Below, piece by piece: positions 1 through 12,800 of a stretch of DNA of 64,000 nt (within the stretch, counting starts at the first letter, position 1; each line of letters begins with the position of its first letter). The position numbers and the translations under genes are program-made. Origin of the DNA: Perkinsus olseni (Eukaryota); the NCBI GenBank assembly GCA_013115125.1, contig JABANN010000055.1, positions 1-64,000 on the forward strand. The letters are read 5' to 3'. The notes beneath the pieces were generated by a model that saw nothing but the letters and a program-made list of their open reading frames with translations, did no database searches and was not told where the DNA came from.

Positions 1-96
1 GCTGTTGTTGCTGTTGTTGCTGTTGTTGCTGTTGTTGCTGTTGTTGCTGTTGTTGCTGTTGTTGCTGTTGTTGTTGCTGTTGTTGCTGTTGTTGTT
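1..96. repeat. (GCTGTTGTT)n microsatellite, probably intronic
   Basis: About 10 units read directly. It lies upstream of the AG acceptor at 116-117, whose position is conserved in the paralogue (ctcag|GTTCAAC near 1675). Confidence 0.95.
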
Positions 97-117
97 ATCG
101 GCAGTCCTGCCCGGCAG

Positions 118-1012
118 GTTCACGAGGCTGCATTCCTGGAATCTGTACATAACCTGTTTCACTGGCCTCTATGCCCTCTACGCTATGTGCCTCTTCACGG
201 AGAAGGGAGGGTGTCAGACAGTATCAGAGATCGGCAACGACTCAGATGTGACCAGCCATCCTTAAGACTCGACTGCCGCAGTTGTATTTTTCAGCTTTTT
301 ACGGTGGGGATGACCCTGACGGCGGCGGGGCAACTTATACTGTGGCCTACATTGGCGGTCTACTTGGCGCAGAGAACTCCGAGGTCGACCTCGCTCATTG
401 CAGTAGGAAAAGATTCCTTCCTTCGGCCATGCTGGCTGCCTTCATGCTTCTACCGCATCATCAGGAACACAAGGTGGTTCGTATCAGTGCTCGATTCGTA
501 TAGGTTCGTGCTGGACTACTGCTTGGTTTCTTCAACGCCCTCTGTCTAGCGGCCGTAGCCCTCATACCCCTTCATTACGCCAACTCCATCCATACATTCT
601 TCGCTCAAACCTTCTTCCTCGCCGACTGTGCTACTTGCCTCTGCTACACAGTGGCAGCCGCCAAAGTAGACCTCCTCCCTCGCGGTGCCCTCCCGACTGT
701 AGGCCCCTCCGCACAGCCGCTGCTCATCATCACCTTCATCATGATCAGATAATCTCTCTAGGGTTGGGCTCAACCCTTTTACTGCTCAGCTACCTGCTTG
801 TCTACGATTTCCTTCCTGGAGTCCAAGTCGACTGGCCCTACTGTGTAGCTCCGCTGGTCGATTAATTCATCCCCCCACGATCATGACGACCCCCTCAGGT
901 TTATACTGTAGCAGAATTCATCAGCGCCGGTTTGTGTTTGGTATTCCCACTCTGTTTCGGCCCTCTTATAAGGGAAGCGACACGAAATGGAATCGACTAT
1001 GCCCGACTGTAA
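118..1012 (+). CDS. Frag1/DRAM/Sfk1-like multi-pass membrane protein, copy 1 (5' end outside window)
   Basis: Spliced: FTRLHSWNLYITCF..CQTVSEIGND|LFTVGMTLTA..|VRAGLLLGFFNALCLAAVALIPLHYANSIHTFFAQTFF..|VYTVAEFISAGLCLVFPLCFG..*. The TVSEIG, F-x-x-G-M, H-x-F-F-A and AEF motifs fit this family. Confidence 0.65.
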
Positions 1013-1167
1013 ACTTGATGACCCGTGCATGCTCCAACTTTGAGACAGGTACTACAACGACTGACGAGACAAATCGTCGACGACACGTGAATGAAGGTTT
1101 TCCGTGCTCAATTTGTCTAGTGTTGTAAGAGTTCAGGAGACACTCGTTAGTTCTTTTCAAAGTCATT

Positions 1168-2561
1168 ATGGAGTCGACCCGACCTTCGAAGGCCAGCGGC
1201 GGCGGCAGCAGCGATTACGTGGCTGCAAGCCCAGCGGGGCAGCCTTTAGGTGGGTGGGGCACCAAGCGCTGGTCCGCGTGGACGGCGCAATCTCAGATGA
1301 GCTCGACGCGTCCTGGAACGAACAAGGCAGGGACATCGACGATGGGGATCTCTCCCCTGATTCATTCACATTCAGCGAGTTCGGCGGCACCGAGCTGGAG
1401 GGGATGCCCGGATGTACTACCAGGCCCACGGCGGCCCTCTTCTCCCATTGTCTTTTCAGATAGCGTGGACCCTTTCAAGAGTGCGAACAGCCATCCCAAT
1501 GCGCCTAGGAGCAGTAGGTCCGATCGCGTCTTCCCGATTTCACCGTCGTCGTTGCTCTTAGTTTTCACGGCGGTTCTGCAGCTCTTGACCCCTTGCCGGA
1601 AGCAGCGAAGCCTGGCTGATGTCAGGTAGGGCCTGGCGGAACCATAGGTGGCAGCGGTAGCAAGCCTGGACTCAGGTTCAACATAATCGAAGTGGTAACT
1701 CTTTACACCGCCTGTGCAGCGGCTCTGGTGTCTCTGATAGCAGCCTTAGTCGTCACTGACGTGAAAGGCTGTGCCACAATCTCGGCCATCGGGGCTGAGT
1801 CCAGGGTACCCCCGTAGTTCTCTCCTTCCTGTTCGAAACTCTCTTCAGGTCTTCAGAATCGGCATGTCTATCGCCGCCATCGGAGTGGCTCCCGTGTGGG
1901 GGTTCATCGCGGTCTACCTCTCCCAGCGCTCGCCTCGCTCCCTCAGCAAGCTCACAGTACTACGTCGTAGCAGCGGGCTGCCTCGCAGCATAAGATCTCA
2001 GATACGAGTAGCCTTGTGGTTGGGCATGATCAGTGCGGTTTGCCTGCTCGGTGTAGCGGTAGTGCCAGTGAACTACTGGAACGAACTGCATACATTCTTC
2101 GCTCAAATATCCTTTCTTTGCGGTTGTCTAGCTTGTCTTCTCTTCGCCCTAGCCGCCACCAAAGTCGACCTCCTCCCGAGATCTGGCTTCATCGCTGTAA
2201 GCATCTCCATCATCACAATTCCCGCCACTACTACTTCTCAGTTGCTCCTTCTGACCGGTGGCTGCGTGGTCCTCATGCTCAGTTATGTGCTCAACAACGG
2301 TTACATGCCGGGGGTATCACTAAAGTGGCCATTCTGCGTAAACCTTTCCACTACAGTAAACTCCCTCTGCACGTCTCGCCTTCCTATCAGTTATACACCA
2401 ACGCCCAGTTCTTCACGGTGGCCATGTGCTTTGCCTTCCCTATGTGCTTCGGACCATCAATCCATCGGGCCATCCACACAGTCGACTTCGCACGGATGTA
2501 CGCACCCTCACGACAGCTCACGGCGGCGGATGTAGTCCTTTGCAGGTACTACTACGACTAG
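1168..2561 (+). CDS. Frag1/DRAM/Sfk1-like membrane protein, copy 2, with Ser-rich N-terminus
   Basis: CATISAIGAE|VFRIGMSIAA..AVYLSQRSPRS..|IRVALWLGMISAVCL..ELHTFFAQISF..WPFC|LYTNAQF..FPMCFG. Intron positions match copy 1. Confidence 0.65.
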
Positions 2562-2892
2562 CCCACTGCCCCGACCCGTTTGTGTCCACTCTTGCAAAAC
2601 CCCAGTCACCATTCACATTCATCGCTGTATACATTACTCTCGACTTCTTGCGTTGTGCTTCTAGTGTGACGGCAAAGTGCAACCTTTCCAGGAAAGTGTC
2701 CCAAGATAGCCAAAGACTCGTCATACAGACTTATCAGAAGAGTTTGTCCGGGGAGCATTCGGAAACGTTATCTGCCGAGTTACGAGTACTTATAAGGACC
2801 CTTATCAGTCATGAGGCATTGGATTTTCTTCGTATCAGAGATTTCGGGGATTTACGGTAACACAAAGCGAGGAGGGTGTAGTGCTGTTAACA

Positions 2893-5775
2893 TCATTGCT
2901 TGGCAATCTTAAGTGGATGAGCTTCTGTATTCAGAACATACTCATCCAGATTCAGGACATGTCGTGGGGCTAACGTGAGGTAAAGATACTTCAAAGTTTC
3001 GGCTGTGAAGAAAGACTCCTGTTCGTTCTTCTTTCTCGTTGGAACTTCGTTAATATCAAAAACCTGTGAGAAGGTAAACAACCGCGTCGACGTAACAACA
3101 GCCTTACTGCTGAATAACCGTATGGCGCCTTGGAGTGCTTGTTGAGGGCGGCCATCATATCGTGAGCCCAGACGCGGTACTTGGGGTCTCCTAGGAAGCA
3201 CAGGATGTCGTTTTTGTTGTTTCTTTTTTTTCTTACCCGTGAAGTAGTGCATGTAGAAGATGCTCTCGATGGCCTCTGGTCGTAGTATGTAGTGTGCGTC
3301 ACGAAGATTGTAGTACCTTCACACGGAGGGAAATCCCTGTTGGGAAGGGGCAGTACAGCAGTTTCAATGGCAAGCTGGCCATCCAGAATCGAACAGATGG
3401 ACATGTTTTACATATCCTCTCCTTTAGAAGCATGCAGTCTGAATTCGGCAACCTCCGGTCCTAGTCCAGTTTTGGACCGCGCGTACCTGCCAGAAACATG
3501 AGACCTGCTTTACCACTACAGTGAACAGCGTTACATCTGGTGACAAGTTTCTGTGATGTCACGCGCCCACTTCTCCCAACGGGGATCGACCCGTTCCCGG
3601 GGCAAAGTCCGGGCACCCAGCATCAGGTTGCCAGGTACGAAACAAGTGAGGTGCTCCATGCGGTGGTTCGGCCTGCACAGAGGGGTCCAGGGCACTACTG
3701 GGGAGGGCAGAGCTCCCTCACATGCCGCCCCGAAGCTCCCCGATGAAAGTTAGACCGGCATCAGTCTTGAAGATCATCTTTTCGATCTCCGTCATTGCCT
3801 TGACCCATAAGTCTTCATGCCTGCAGCCCGCGTGCATTGCCAAGTCCAGCGATACCGCCCTCTGCTACTACTTTTTCTCTTTTTTGCCACTTTGCAGCCA
3901 CACCTTCAGAAGGTACTCGAAATAGGAGTCCCCCATCGCACCCAGGGAGATCACGCCGCCTACCATCATCATACAGTGAGCGCCCGACCCTAGAGGCGAC
4001 GCACCGGTGAACATCGGCCGATCGCTGGCCAGTTCATAGGGGACAAGGCCCTGGCCTCCAGCTGCTTGGAAAATCGACTCCTGGCACTTGTCGACGGCTT
4101 CTGCGTACTTGAGGTCCCCCGTCTGCTCCGTTAAATAACGGAATTCAAGCTGGAGGGTTCCGACCTGCCCGTGCCATTTAGGTAGTACTCGCTGTTGCAA
4201 CACCTGCTCACCTCCGCCAGGATGAATCCAGACATCCACCCGTTGCCAGAGCTCCGACCAGTTCCCAGATCTATCTGGGCTCGTGGGCAGCCGGGGTAGC
4301 TCGTGAACCCCTGCGTAGAGTGGATGATGACGATGCTTAGCCCTACTCTTACAGTCATCATATGGTCCGCTGCTTCCTCCGCTTTATCCAGGAATATTTG
4401 TCGGCCACTGAGACTGTGTGCTGACAGAAGGCCGCCCAGCACCCGAATGGTGATCTCGAAGAAGGAGTGAAGTCCTCGTGGACGGTCGAACTTGAGGTTG
4501 TTCCTAGATCGCAGCAGCTGCGTGTGTATCGTGAATAAGCGAACCCCACGTGATCCACTCCGTAGCCTCGTCGAACTCTTCCTCCAACCCCATGATCTTC
4601 AAAGTTGACAGCGAATCGATCATCATCACAGCTGCATCACACCACTGCCTGACAGGAACTCAGCTTAGCGTCAGTGACAGGATGCATGGCTGCGACGTAC
4701 CGTCCAGGTTGGCCAGTGAGAGGAGCTATCTCATCCCGGCCCCAAGCGTGTTGCTTGTAGTTCCTCCACACGTGACGCATGGCCTCCCTCACTTCCTCGG
4801 CCCACTTGGCCTGACGATAACTTCAGGTTCACGTCAGTAAGAGGCAATCTCGTTTTTACGCTTTTTGCATCAGAATCGGCAAGCTCAGCCTCGGTAAAAT
4901 TCTCCAACCATTCTGCAGGGAAGCCTCCCCTCACAGTCTTGCTAGCCTTCTCCTTATTGATAACCTAATACCCCCCTTAACCAGTCGCTGCCTATGAGCC
5001 CTTCGCGTACCCGTTGGAGGAACTTTTCCGGTGCTCCCCGAGAGAGTATCTTTTCAGCTGCTTCAGAAGCCTTGGTCTCATCTTTCGCTACCCGTTGCGG
5101 AGGAGCAGACCTGTGGCAAGGTAGGCCCTCCCCTGACCCAAGACGTCTTACGCTGTGAACTCCACTTTCTTCTCACTGCTGTATTTTTGATAACCCTGAA
5201 CCATCACCAGCATCAACTCTATCTTGGCCGATTAAACTCACTGGAGTCCGAGAAGGCTCGGCTTCTGGTTGTCGGAGGTTGTGATGTCCTACCTCGCCTC
5301 CGCCAGGCGTGACTTGAGGTTGAGTTCTATAAAGACGTCGTGGTCGACCTCGAAGCACACCCGTCAATCTCACCGTGAGCTGACGGACGTATCCGTAGGT
5401 GGTTGGCCCCGTAGTTTGTTCAACTGGTGGCTACTGAGATCTTGATCCGAGAGCGCCTGAAGTCTTCACCTTGCTTCCACGCAGCCGTTCGCTGTTGTTA
5501 CCAGCATATCGCTAGGCTGCGCGGCTGTTGCTCTACGTTCAGGAACTGAGTCCAGCAAGGTCAACGTTGTTAACGTCGAGACTACTAATAGTACGATAAC
5601 GAATCCTGAATAGGGAAGGTCCAGAAGTTCTGTCCACGACCGCATCATGGGAGTGCTCACCCAAAAGGAGATTTTTCTGATCCGGAGTCGACTTGTCCTT
5701 TGCATTCCGGTATGAGTATTCACCGTGGAGCGGTCGACGAGCACGCCGTGATGCGGCAGTGGTCGCCTGGACCAT
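2893..5775 (-). CDS. Class I alpha-1,2-mannosidase (GH47), type II membrane protein
   Basis: Motifs FFEITIRVLGGLLSAH, ISLGAMGDSYFEYLLKVWLQ and ESFFTAETLKYLYL..VLNTEAHPL. N-terminal TM segment (GFVIVLLVVSTLTTLTLL) after ATG at 5775. Confidence 0.93.
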
Positions 5776-6812
5776 TGAAATGAACGATGAACTGCAGCAG
5801 GTCGGTCTATAGCATCGTGGTTGTGGTGCAGATCGGTTAGTGGGTTCGTTCGACTTTAGGGATTCCGTATTAACGCCAGCGGACTTCTTCGTAACACTAA
5901 GATGAGCATAGGGATTGATAGAAATGTTGCGAAGCGTCGGGACAATAAACCCTGGTCTCAAGCACACCTAGGTATAGCGTTCCTCGGCGGCAGATACTGA
6001 TATCTCCTGGTTACAGGTCAGTGAGAAGGGCAATCGTCGACAATGGCTCTCTGACTACGATTCGATGGTCGGTCTAACTTGAGCAGGCAGCAAGGCGTTA
6101 GATGATTGGGCTTTCTCGTGAGAAGGATTACCGTCAGCACAAGATCGTCTCACGGGTTCATCCAGAGGAGCGTCCGGTAACGAATCTCTCAACCTAACTT
6201 CCACTGAATGACTGCCCATCAAAGATACTCTAGAACCTGGTTCACAGTCGATAATTTCTGAAGGCGTTCATGGAGTCCTCTGGGCGTGGGAAGTCGGCAT
6301 TCGACACGATCAAACTTCAAACCCAGCATTCTCTGCCGCCAGAAAGTGCGCAGTTGATTTAGCGCGCGCCCGGAACAGAATCTCCTTTGTTACTATCGGC
6401 GTCGGGGTGCTCAGTACCCTGAGGGGTCCGTTGAGTGAAGTCAACAACAATTCTGGGAGCGTTATTGAAACGAAGGGAAGGTCTGTTGAATCCCCCTAAT
6501 GCTCCGCATTGCCGGACAAGAAGGCCGTGAGCAGCAGCGAAGTACAGCCGGACCTCTGCCCCGTCACGCGAAGGCTCCCAGGAGTGCCTTACATGCTTCG
6601 ACTAGGTTCCACACGATGATTCACTTTGGGTTTTGCAGTGATGGGAATAGGGTCGGATGGACATTTAAAGCGTTACAAGTTTTCTGTTGTTGGTTCGCGG
6701 CAGTGTTTTAATGGCCGCTAAGGAGACCACACAGACGCACGACACAAGTACGAGTAGTTGCTGTTACGCTAGAAGATCCACTGGTGACGATTGAATCTCA
6801 GGCTGCTCGAAG

Positions 6813-9800
6813 ATGACCATTGAGCTTGACAGGGAGAACCGTTATGTACCCTCACGGTAGTAGTGGGAGAATTCTGCTTCAGTCTTACGGGGTTTCTTAC
6901 CCTGTGGGAATTCTCAGCTCAACTTTAGTCAATTTCGTATCTAATTTTGCGGTTAGTAATGGAAGGGAGCAATATCATCATCACAGGTCCCCGAGCAAGC
7001 GAAAGCCTTCTGGCATCGAGACCGACTCGGTGTCACCGTCAGCATCCTCCCAGACGTCATCGAGGTGCGTGTCTGAGGTTGGTGGCAGAGCCCACCGGCA
7101 TGCGAGCTTCAGTGAGAACTCTAGTGAACAGGGATACGATGCAGATGAGTGAGAATTAGGGATCGGTCGAATTTGTGTTTGACTGCATGTCCGTTGTTCT
7201 TAGTACACCCCTCGCCAGAGCTCGTCTCGTGTCGAACATGGGTCGAGGTAAGATCGCGTCGAAGGACATTTTCAAAGCATTAGAGGTACGTGGGTGGTTG
7301 CCACTCTGTGTGTGAGGTACTTATTCACTTCAGCCCGATGAAGACGGCAAGGTGGACAGTGTTAAGTTACTAGAGTTTCTCAAGAGATCTGGGCTAGGTA
7401 GTAGCGGACTCGGGCTCGTCTCAGTGTGGTACGATTAGATCAATACACTAACGGGCATAGGAAGGCCACAAGGGGAGGCTAGTTCCGTGTAATTGTCTGA
7501 ATTGTTGCTTTCTGTTGGTGCGTCGTGAAGAATCAGCCAGTGAGCGGTAGAGAGAGGCTGCGCAGTAAAGCGCCGCGTCTCGGCGTTCGAATCGCCCATT
7601 GGATGAACTGGGGGATTTTTTCAGCTACTTCCGACGGGCGAATGCGAAATACGTACAAGGAACTGAAGAGTCAGGACTTTGTTGACTTTGAAAGATTCCA
7701 AACGCTCAAAACGAGCAATGAACTTGTAAGATACTCTTGTCGTTAATTTCGTTGCGCAGTGAAGTTGGTCTTTTCAGGTTGGGAAAGCATTCCGAGGGGA
7801 GTTGGCGATATCTGACTTTGAAGCCTTCTGTGATGTTATTAATGATGCGTATAAGGACCTGGAGGATTGTACTGAAGGAAAAAATGTAGTACACTGCGAG
7901 CTGAGTTCGGGGCGCGCGACTTGGCATTACCTAAATGAAACTCGGTCGTTCGATAGACCCATGTAAAAATTCAGAATCGATTGTGAAACCGCAATTTACG
8001 TGTAGATGTCAATTCCGGAATCGATTTTGGGGGGTTTCAGAATCAGCTTTGCAGGTGGGGAAGACGATCCACGTTTCATAGGAACCTCTTGGAGGCAATT
8101 TCTCGTTATTCCTCTGGGGGTTCCCCTAGCTTGATGATGACCCGTTCAGGCTGACTACATACCCACTTTAGCGACAGTGAACCCAGATTATTGGGCTATC
8201 AGCGTGTGTAGTGTCCATGCTCAGAGATACTGCATCGGTGATAGCAAGGTGAGGGGCATACTCAGTAGGGGATAGTAGACGTCGGAAGTGCCCTGTAGGT
8301 ACCGTTTTGTCTGCAATCGACGTGCAAGCCGCTGAACTACTGCATGGCCGTTGAGCTGCACGGCAAGGACAAGGTTCTGGGGGAGGGGGTGAAGCTCGCT
8401 GTGTTGAAGACTGACTGTAATGATGTCGTCGGGCATTCTGAGTAGTGCGCTGCTTACAGCGGTCACTGTTCGAGCAGAACATATCTCCTGAGTGAGGGTC
8501 TCCTGAGAAATCATCGACTCATCGCTGAGCTGTTCGAGATCCCTCGCTCGTCCCTGTGGAGGGCCCTGTAAATTTGCCCTCTCCAACGGACAAGTTTTCA
8601 CCTGCTACGTCACATTCTCATTGCGTGCTTTTCCGCCGCTGAGCTTCAAACCGGGAGCCACTTGCACGCTCCCCATAATGACTTTACGGCGAAAAGTTTA
8701 CGCATTCAAAGGGAAGGTTGTCAGGTTCACGAGCACGTCGGGCACGAGCCTAGTGGTAGGAATTTTAACGAGAGGGTGCTTCTTAAGCCCAAGGGAATAC
8801 CACATAACCCCTTAATCAACGCTGGTAGTACTGGAGGGATGGTGAATTCACTGTCGCCGGCGCCGTGGTAGCTGTGCGTGAGTCGTAGTAAGTGATACAG
8901 AGTGGTCGTGCAACGTAGAGGACGTAACTTTGAACTGTTGTTGGTGTGGAGTCGTGGGGTTAGGGCTGTCGAAGTCGACGTGGAGTGGTACTGGGAAAAC
9001 TATTTCGATACGGAAAGTTTCGTATCCTATAGCGTTTCGAGAGAGCGATTGATTCTGAAACGGTCTTTAGAATTGGCATCAGCTCCGTCGAGAATCACCA
9101 GCCGCAGTAGCTCACTACTTTCGAATTACGTCCTTTACGTTCCACCAGCATGTATGTTATTTTCAGCAGAAAGCCGAAATTAGGGATGCCAGATTGTTAC
9201 CCGGGTGGATTTCGCAAAATAGAGACGGTTTCAAAGCTACTAGAGCTTTCTCGTATTATTACCGTCATACATTCGCGTTCTTGAGTAATTCGATGAGTCA
9301 GTCACATTTGCTGTTTTGAGAAAGACTGGCGGTCGGAATAGTCGCTGGGAGTGTGGTTTATTGAGTCGAGTATGATTGCTCTATCGTCTGTTCCTGTTGC
9401 GAGTAGGTGCAATTATGGTAACGTCCATGCTGTACATGGACAAGTCAGAATGGGAGCGGTACGAGGCAGTAACGGAAACATGGCAGCATTTGGCGGGGAT
9501 GTCAAGACGCCCTCATATACAGTAAGCTCGCTCTTACCACCCAAACCCGACATGAGTGATACTGATAGAAGCCTGCTGATCTTTATGAATACAATGGGAA
9601 CAGATACAACGCTAGGAGGCAGGTGAATTGTGTCACCACACAATTCCATTCTGGGACTCAGATCTACCATCAGATCGTGGCAAGTCCAATAGAAGACCAC
9701 GAATGCCTATTATTCCGCGTGACGTTTTCTTGGTGTTCTCCACGGCTCCGGTGATTGAGGCAACAATTATTGGAAATTCTCTTCTTCCCGTCGCTCGATG

Positions 9801-12800
9801 CACAGTCATGACGCGGTGATCAGATACGATACGTTCATGGGCGAGAGGGCTACTGCTAATCGTAACTATTGCCTGGCTTACATGATGGCCGAGGAGAACG
9901 CCTTCCCTCCGAACACTGATATTCAGAAGACTCTTGAGTCTTATTTCCAATGGTAAGGTCGATGCCCGCTTAGCCTCGGTGGAACTGGACGTCTCTTAGG
10001 TGCTCGCTTGAGCTTGATTGCGAGCAGATGTCTGTGGTTGCTGCTACTCTCGCTAATGGTGGTATCTGTCCTAAGACAGGTAGAGTTCGATGGACCCGAG
10101 TTCAATCCCGGGCGACGTCATTTTTCAGGTGAGCGTGTATTTAGTCAGGACACGGTGTCCTCTTGTCTATCAATGATGATGAGCTGTGGTATGTACGACT
10201 ACTCGGGCGAGTTTGCCTTTACTTGCGGCTTCCCGGCCAAATCAGGAGTACGGGAGGGGAGCCTGTGCAGCAACTGAGTTGAAGGCAAGTTACTCAGGTA
10301 TCGGGTGTACTGTGTATCGTCATCCCGGGCGTGTGTGGAATCGCCACATTCTCGCCGCGTCTGGATGCTCTGGGGAACTCCGTCCGCGGAGTAAAGTTCT
10401 GCCAAATGCTTTCTAAACGCTTACCGGTGCATGCTTTTGGCGGACCACAAGAATCCGTTACGGATGAGGTAAGAGTTTTGAGAACGATCGCGCTCGCCCG
10501 GATGATCGATTATGCTGGCTTGCTGGGTTATTTGGCGGATTGACCTGTCAGGCCGAGGCCCCGCCGAATCATCCCTTAGTGGAGCATAGAATACGTAACT
10601 GTTTAGGAGAGACCTTCCGTTGGCGTACAAGCGCTCAGAGTGAGTTGGGCAAGGGATGGTACGGAAATAGGGCACGTATTACCCTCAGTTGATGTGCTCA
10701 CTAATTTCACTTTGACCGAGTACTCGAGTTTATGGTGGAGTGCTGCTGTTGGAGATGCTATCAGGATACGTCACCTAGCCGCTAGGTGAGCACGAGGAAT
10801 CTTTCGGCTGCGTAATCTTCGTGGTCAACCTCGTCTCTGAGGCGATAATGTTTCAGGGGTATCGATGTGCGTACTCCCGACTATGACCTTCGTACAGCCC
10901 TCCACCTGGCGGTGTGTAATAGCCATCGAGAGACCGCTAAGCTCCTCATGTGCCTTGGGGCCGATCCCCAATACCGTGATCGCTACGGTAACTCTCCGTT
11001 AATGGTAAGCTGCGGCTGCTGTTGATATGCTTCGAGGGCTTCCATTGATATGCATGGTGGTTCAGGATGCAGAGAGAGAGGGCCACAGACCCTGTGCGCG
11101 TGAGCTCAAACGTGACGTTGTCCTTCGTGAAAATCATCCACCCATGCCGCCTGGCAGTGACGGCGACATAGTTCTGGCACGGTAAGCTCGCACTGCTATG
11201 AGAGTGTCCTCGCCGAGTCGAACTCTCAGGTACTTTGCGGATATGCCCTGGCCCTTGGACTCCCGCCGTCTGATACGAGCTTTGGAGTGGTACGGTCTTC
11301 CTAGAGATGCTCCCAGGGTTCAGGCCCTGCTGCAGGTGCTGGCCGACCGTCGTTGCTCTTGTCCGGCTCGCGACCGAATCTTGTTCAGGATTTGGGCTGG
11401 TACGGCAGTGTTAAGGTTGGTGGGATGACCGACAGCATCTCGGTACCGGAAGATATGCATCTTATCGGAGATGCTGAGGCGTTGTAGGCCGGAGAAAATA
11501 TGACCGCGCGCCACGAAATTGTTGAGCGGCAGGTATTCGGCGGAGGAGTTCTCGAGAATTGCGAAGAAGCATGATATCGCGGTGAAGGCGCTTTGCGGCA
11601 AGCTGATTGTCCCTAACTGGCCTAAGTTCACGCAAAGGCTTGTAAGTGGGTAACCGAAAGGTCCCCGGTTCTAACCCCAGATGCCGCACTTCCTAGTCAA
11701 CTCGAATGCCGATCAGAATGAATGCTTCTTCGCTTGCTGTGAAGACCACCCCGATCAAGAAATTCTCACCGTGGGTGTTTGTACGACGGACAGCCAGCAG
11801 TATGCGCGAGATGAGAGCGCTTTACCAGGTAGACTCTTACCAGGCTATTACGTCCATCAGTGACAATCGGAGTGTTCTTGCAGACTCCCCCTCGGCGGCT
11901 AGCTGTGCATCAGAGTACTCGCCCGCCCGTACCCCGAAGGAATGCCTGAAGTCCTTCCCAACGGGCGGCATCATTCGACCGGTTCTCTACTGTACAGCAG
12001 TGGAGATGCTGGGCTTGGATGAGGTTCACAAGTGGATGGGACGGGAGCCTAGCGGGGAGAAGCAGACTTATCTGGGACTTGACCATTTGAACAGGCAGGA
12101 GCCACTGCCGCTGCGACCGCGATCATCAGCGTATGTGTTTTAAGGCCTCACAATCCCTTTGTTATGATGGGAACGATCAACCTGTGCGCCCTTATCTCCC
12201 GGGAGCTTGATAAAAACTAGTAAGACGCGTTGTGGGAGTGATTCTGATTGTGACGTGTGAGCCGCATGTTAGCCGGCACTGTTACTACCGAATACACAAT
12301 CTGGGGAGATGGAATCTTCGCCCGGCGGAGCTGAGCACGGGCGCGGCGCTATCGTGACTTTCACATGGGCAACTTTGTCTCTCAACCCTGTTCAGCATGC
12401 GGGATGTCTATCGTGATTTGCCACGTTTTGTCTTGCTCAGCGATGGTAGAGGCACCAGGCCTTCCCTGAGGAAGGTACTTGAGAATTGGAGGAAGCTCAG
12501 TGGATGCGATGCGGTCCCACCCGAGGCTGCTGAGCTCGGGAAAAAACTTGACAGAAGGTGGGCCTTAGGAAAGCGATTTCTGGGCGCGCGCTTGTTGCAT
12601 CGTTCGAAATTAGGCACTCGGACTTGGCTCGGAGTATGGCCTATCGCCTCCGGTCTATTCATCGCTTCCCCGATGGTGCGGACATTGATGATGCTATCCA
12701 GCTCATGTTCGAGTCGCACGAGCGTGAGGTAGGAGTGGGGTAGGTCTCGGGTTCAATCCCGGCATGGTGCATTATTCAGGTTAACGTGGCTGGTGTTGCA

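Noticed and set aside
5-96. Poly-Leu ORF
   Set aside because: Translation of a microsatellite upstream of a conserved splice acceptor.
551-563. Spliced-leader relic (CCGTAGCC)
   Set aside because: Only 8 nt match, inside a coding exon; no full leader seen in the window.
9522-9626. Alternative glutaminase exon [16 protein letters not shown]
   Set aside because: Exon 9408-9521 already supplies this segment in frame; the resemblance is short and probably chance.
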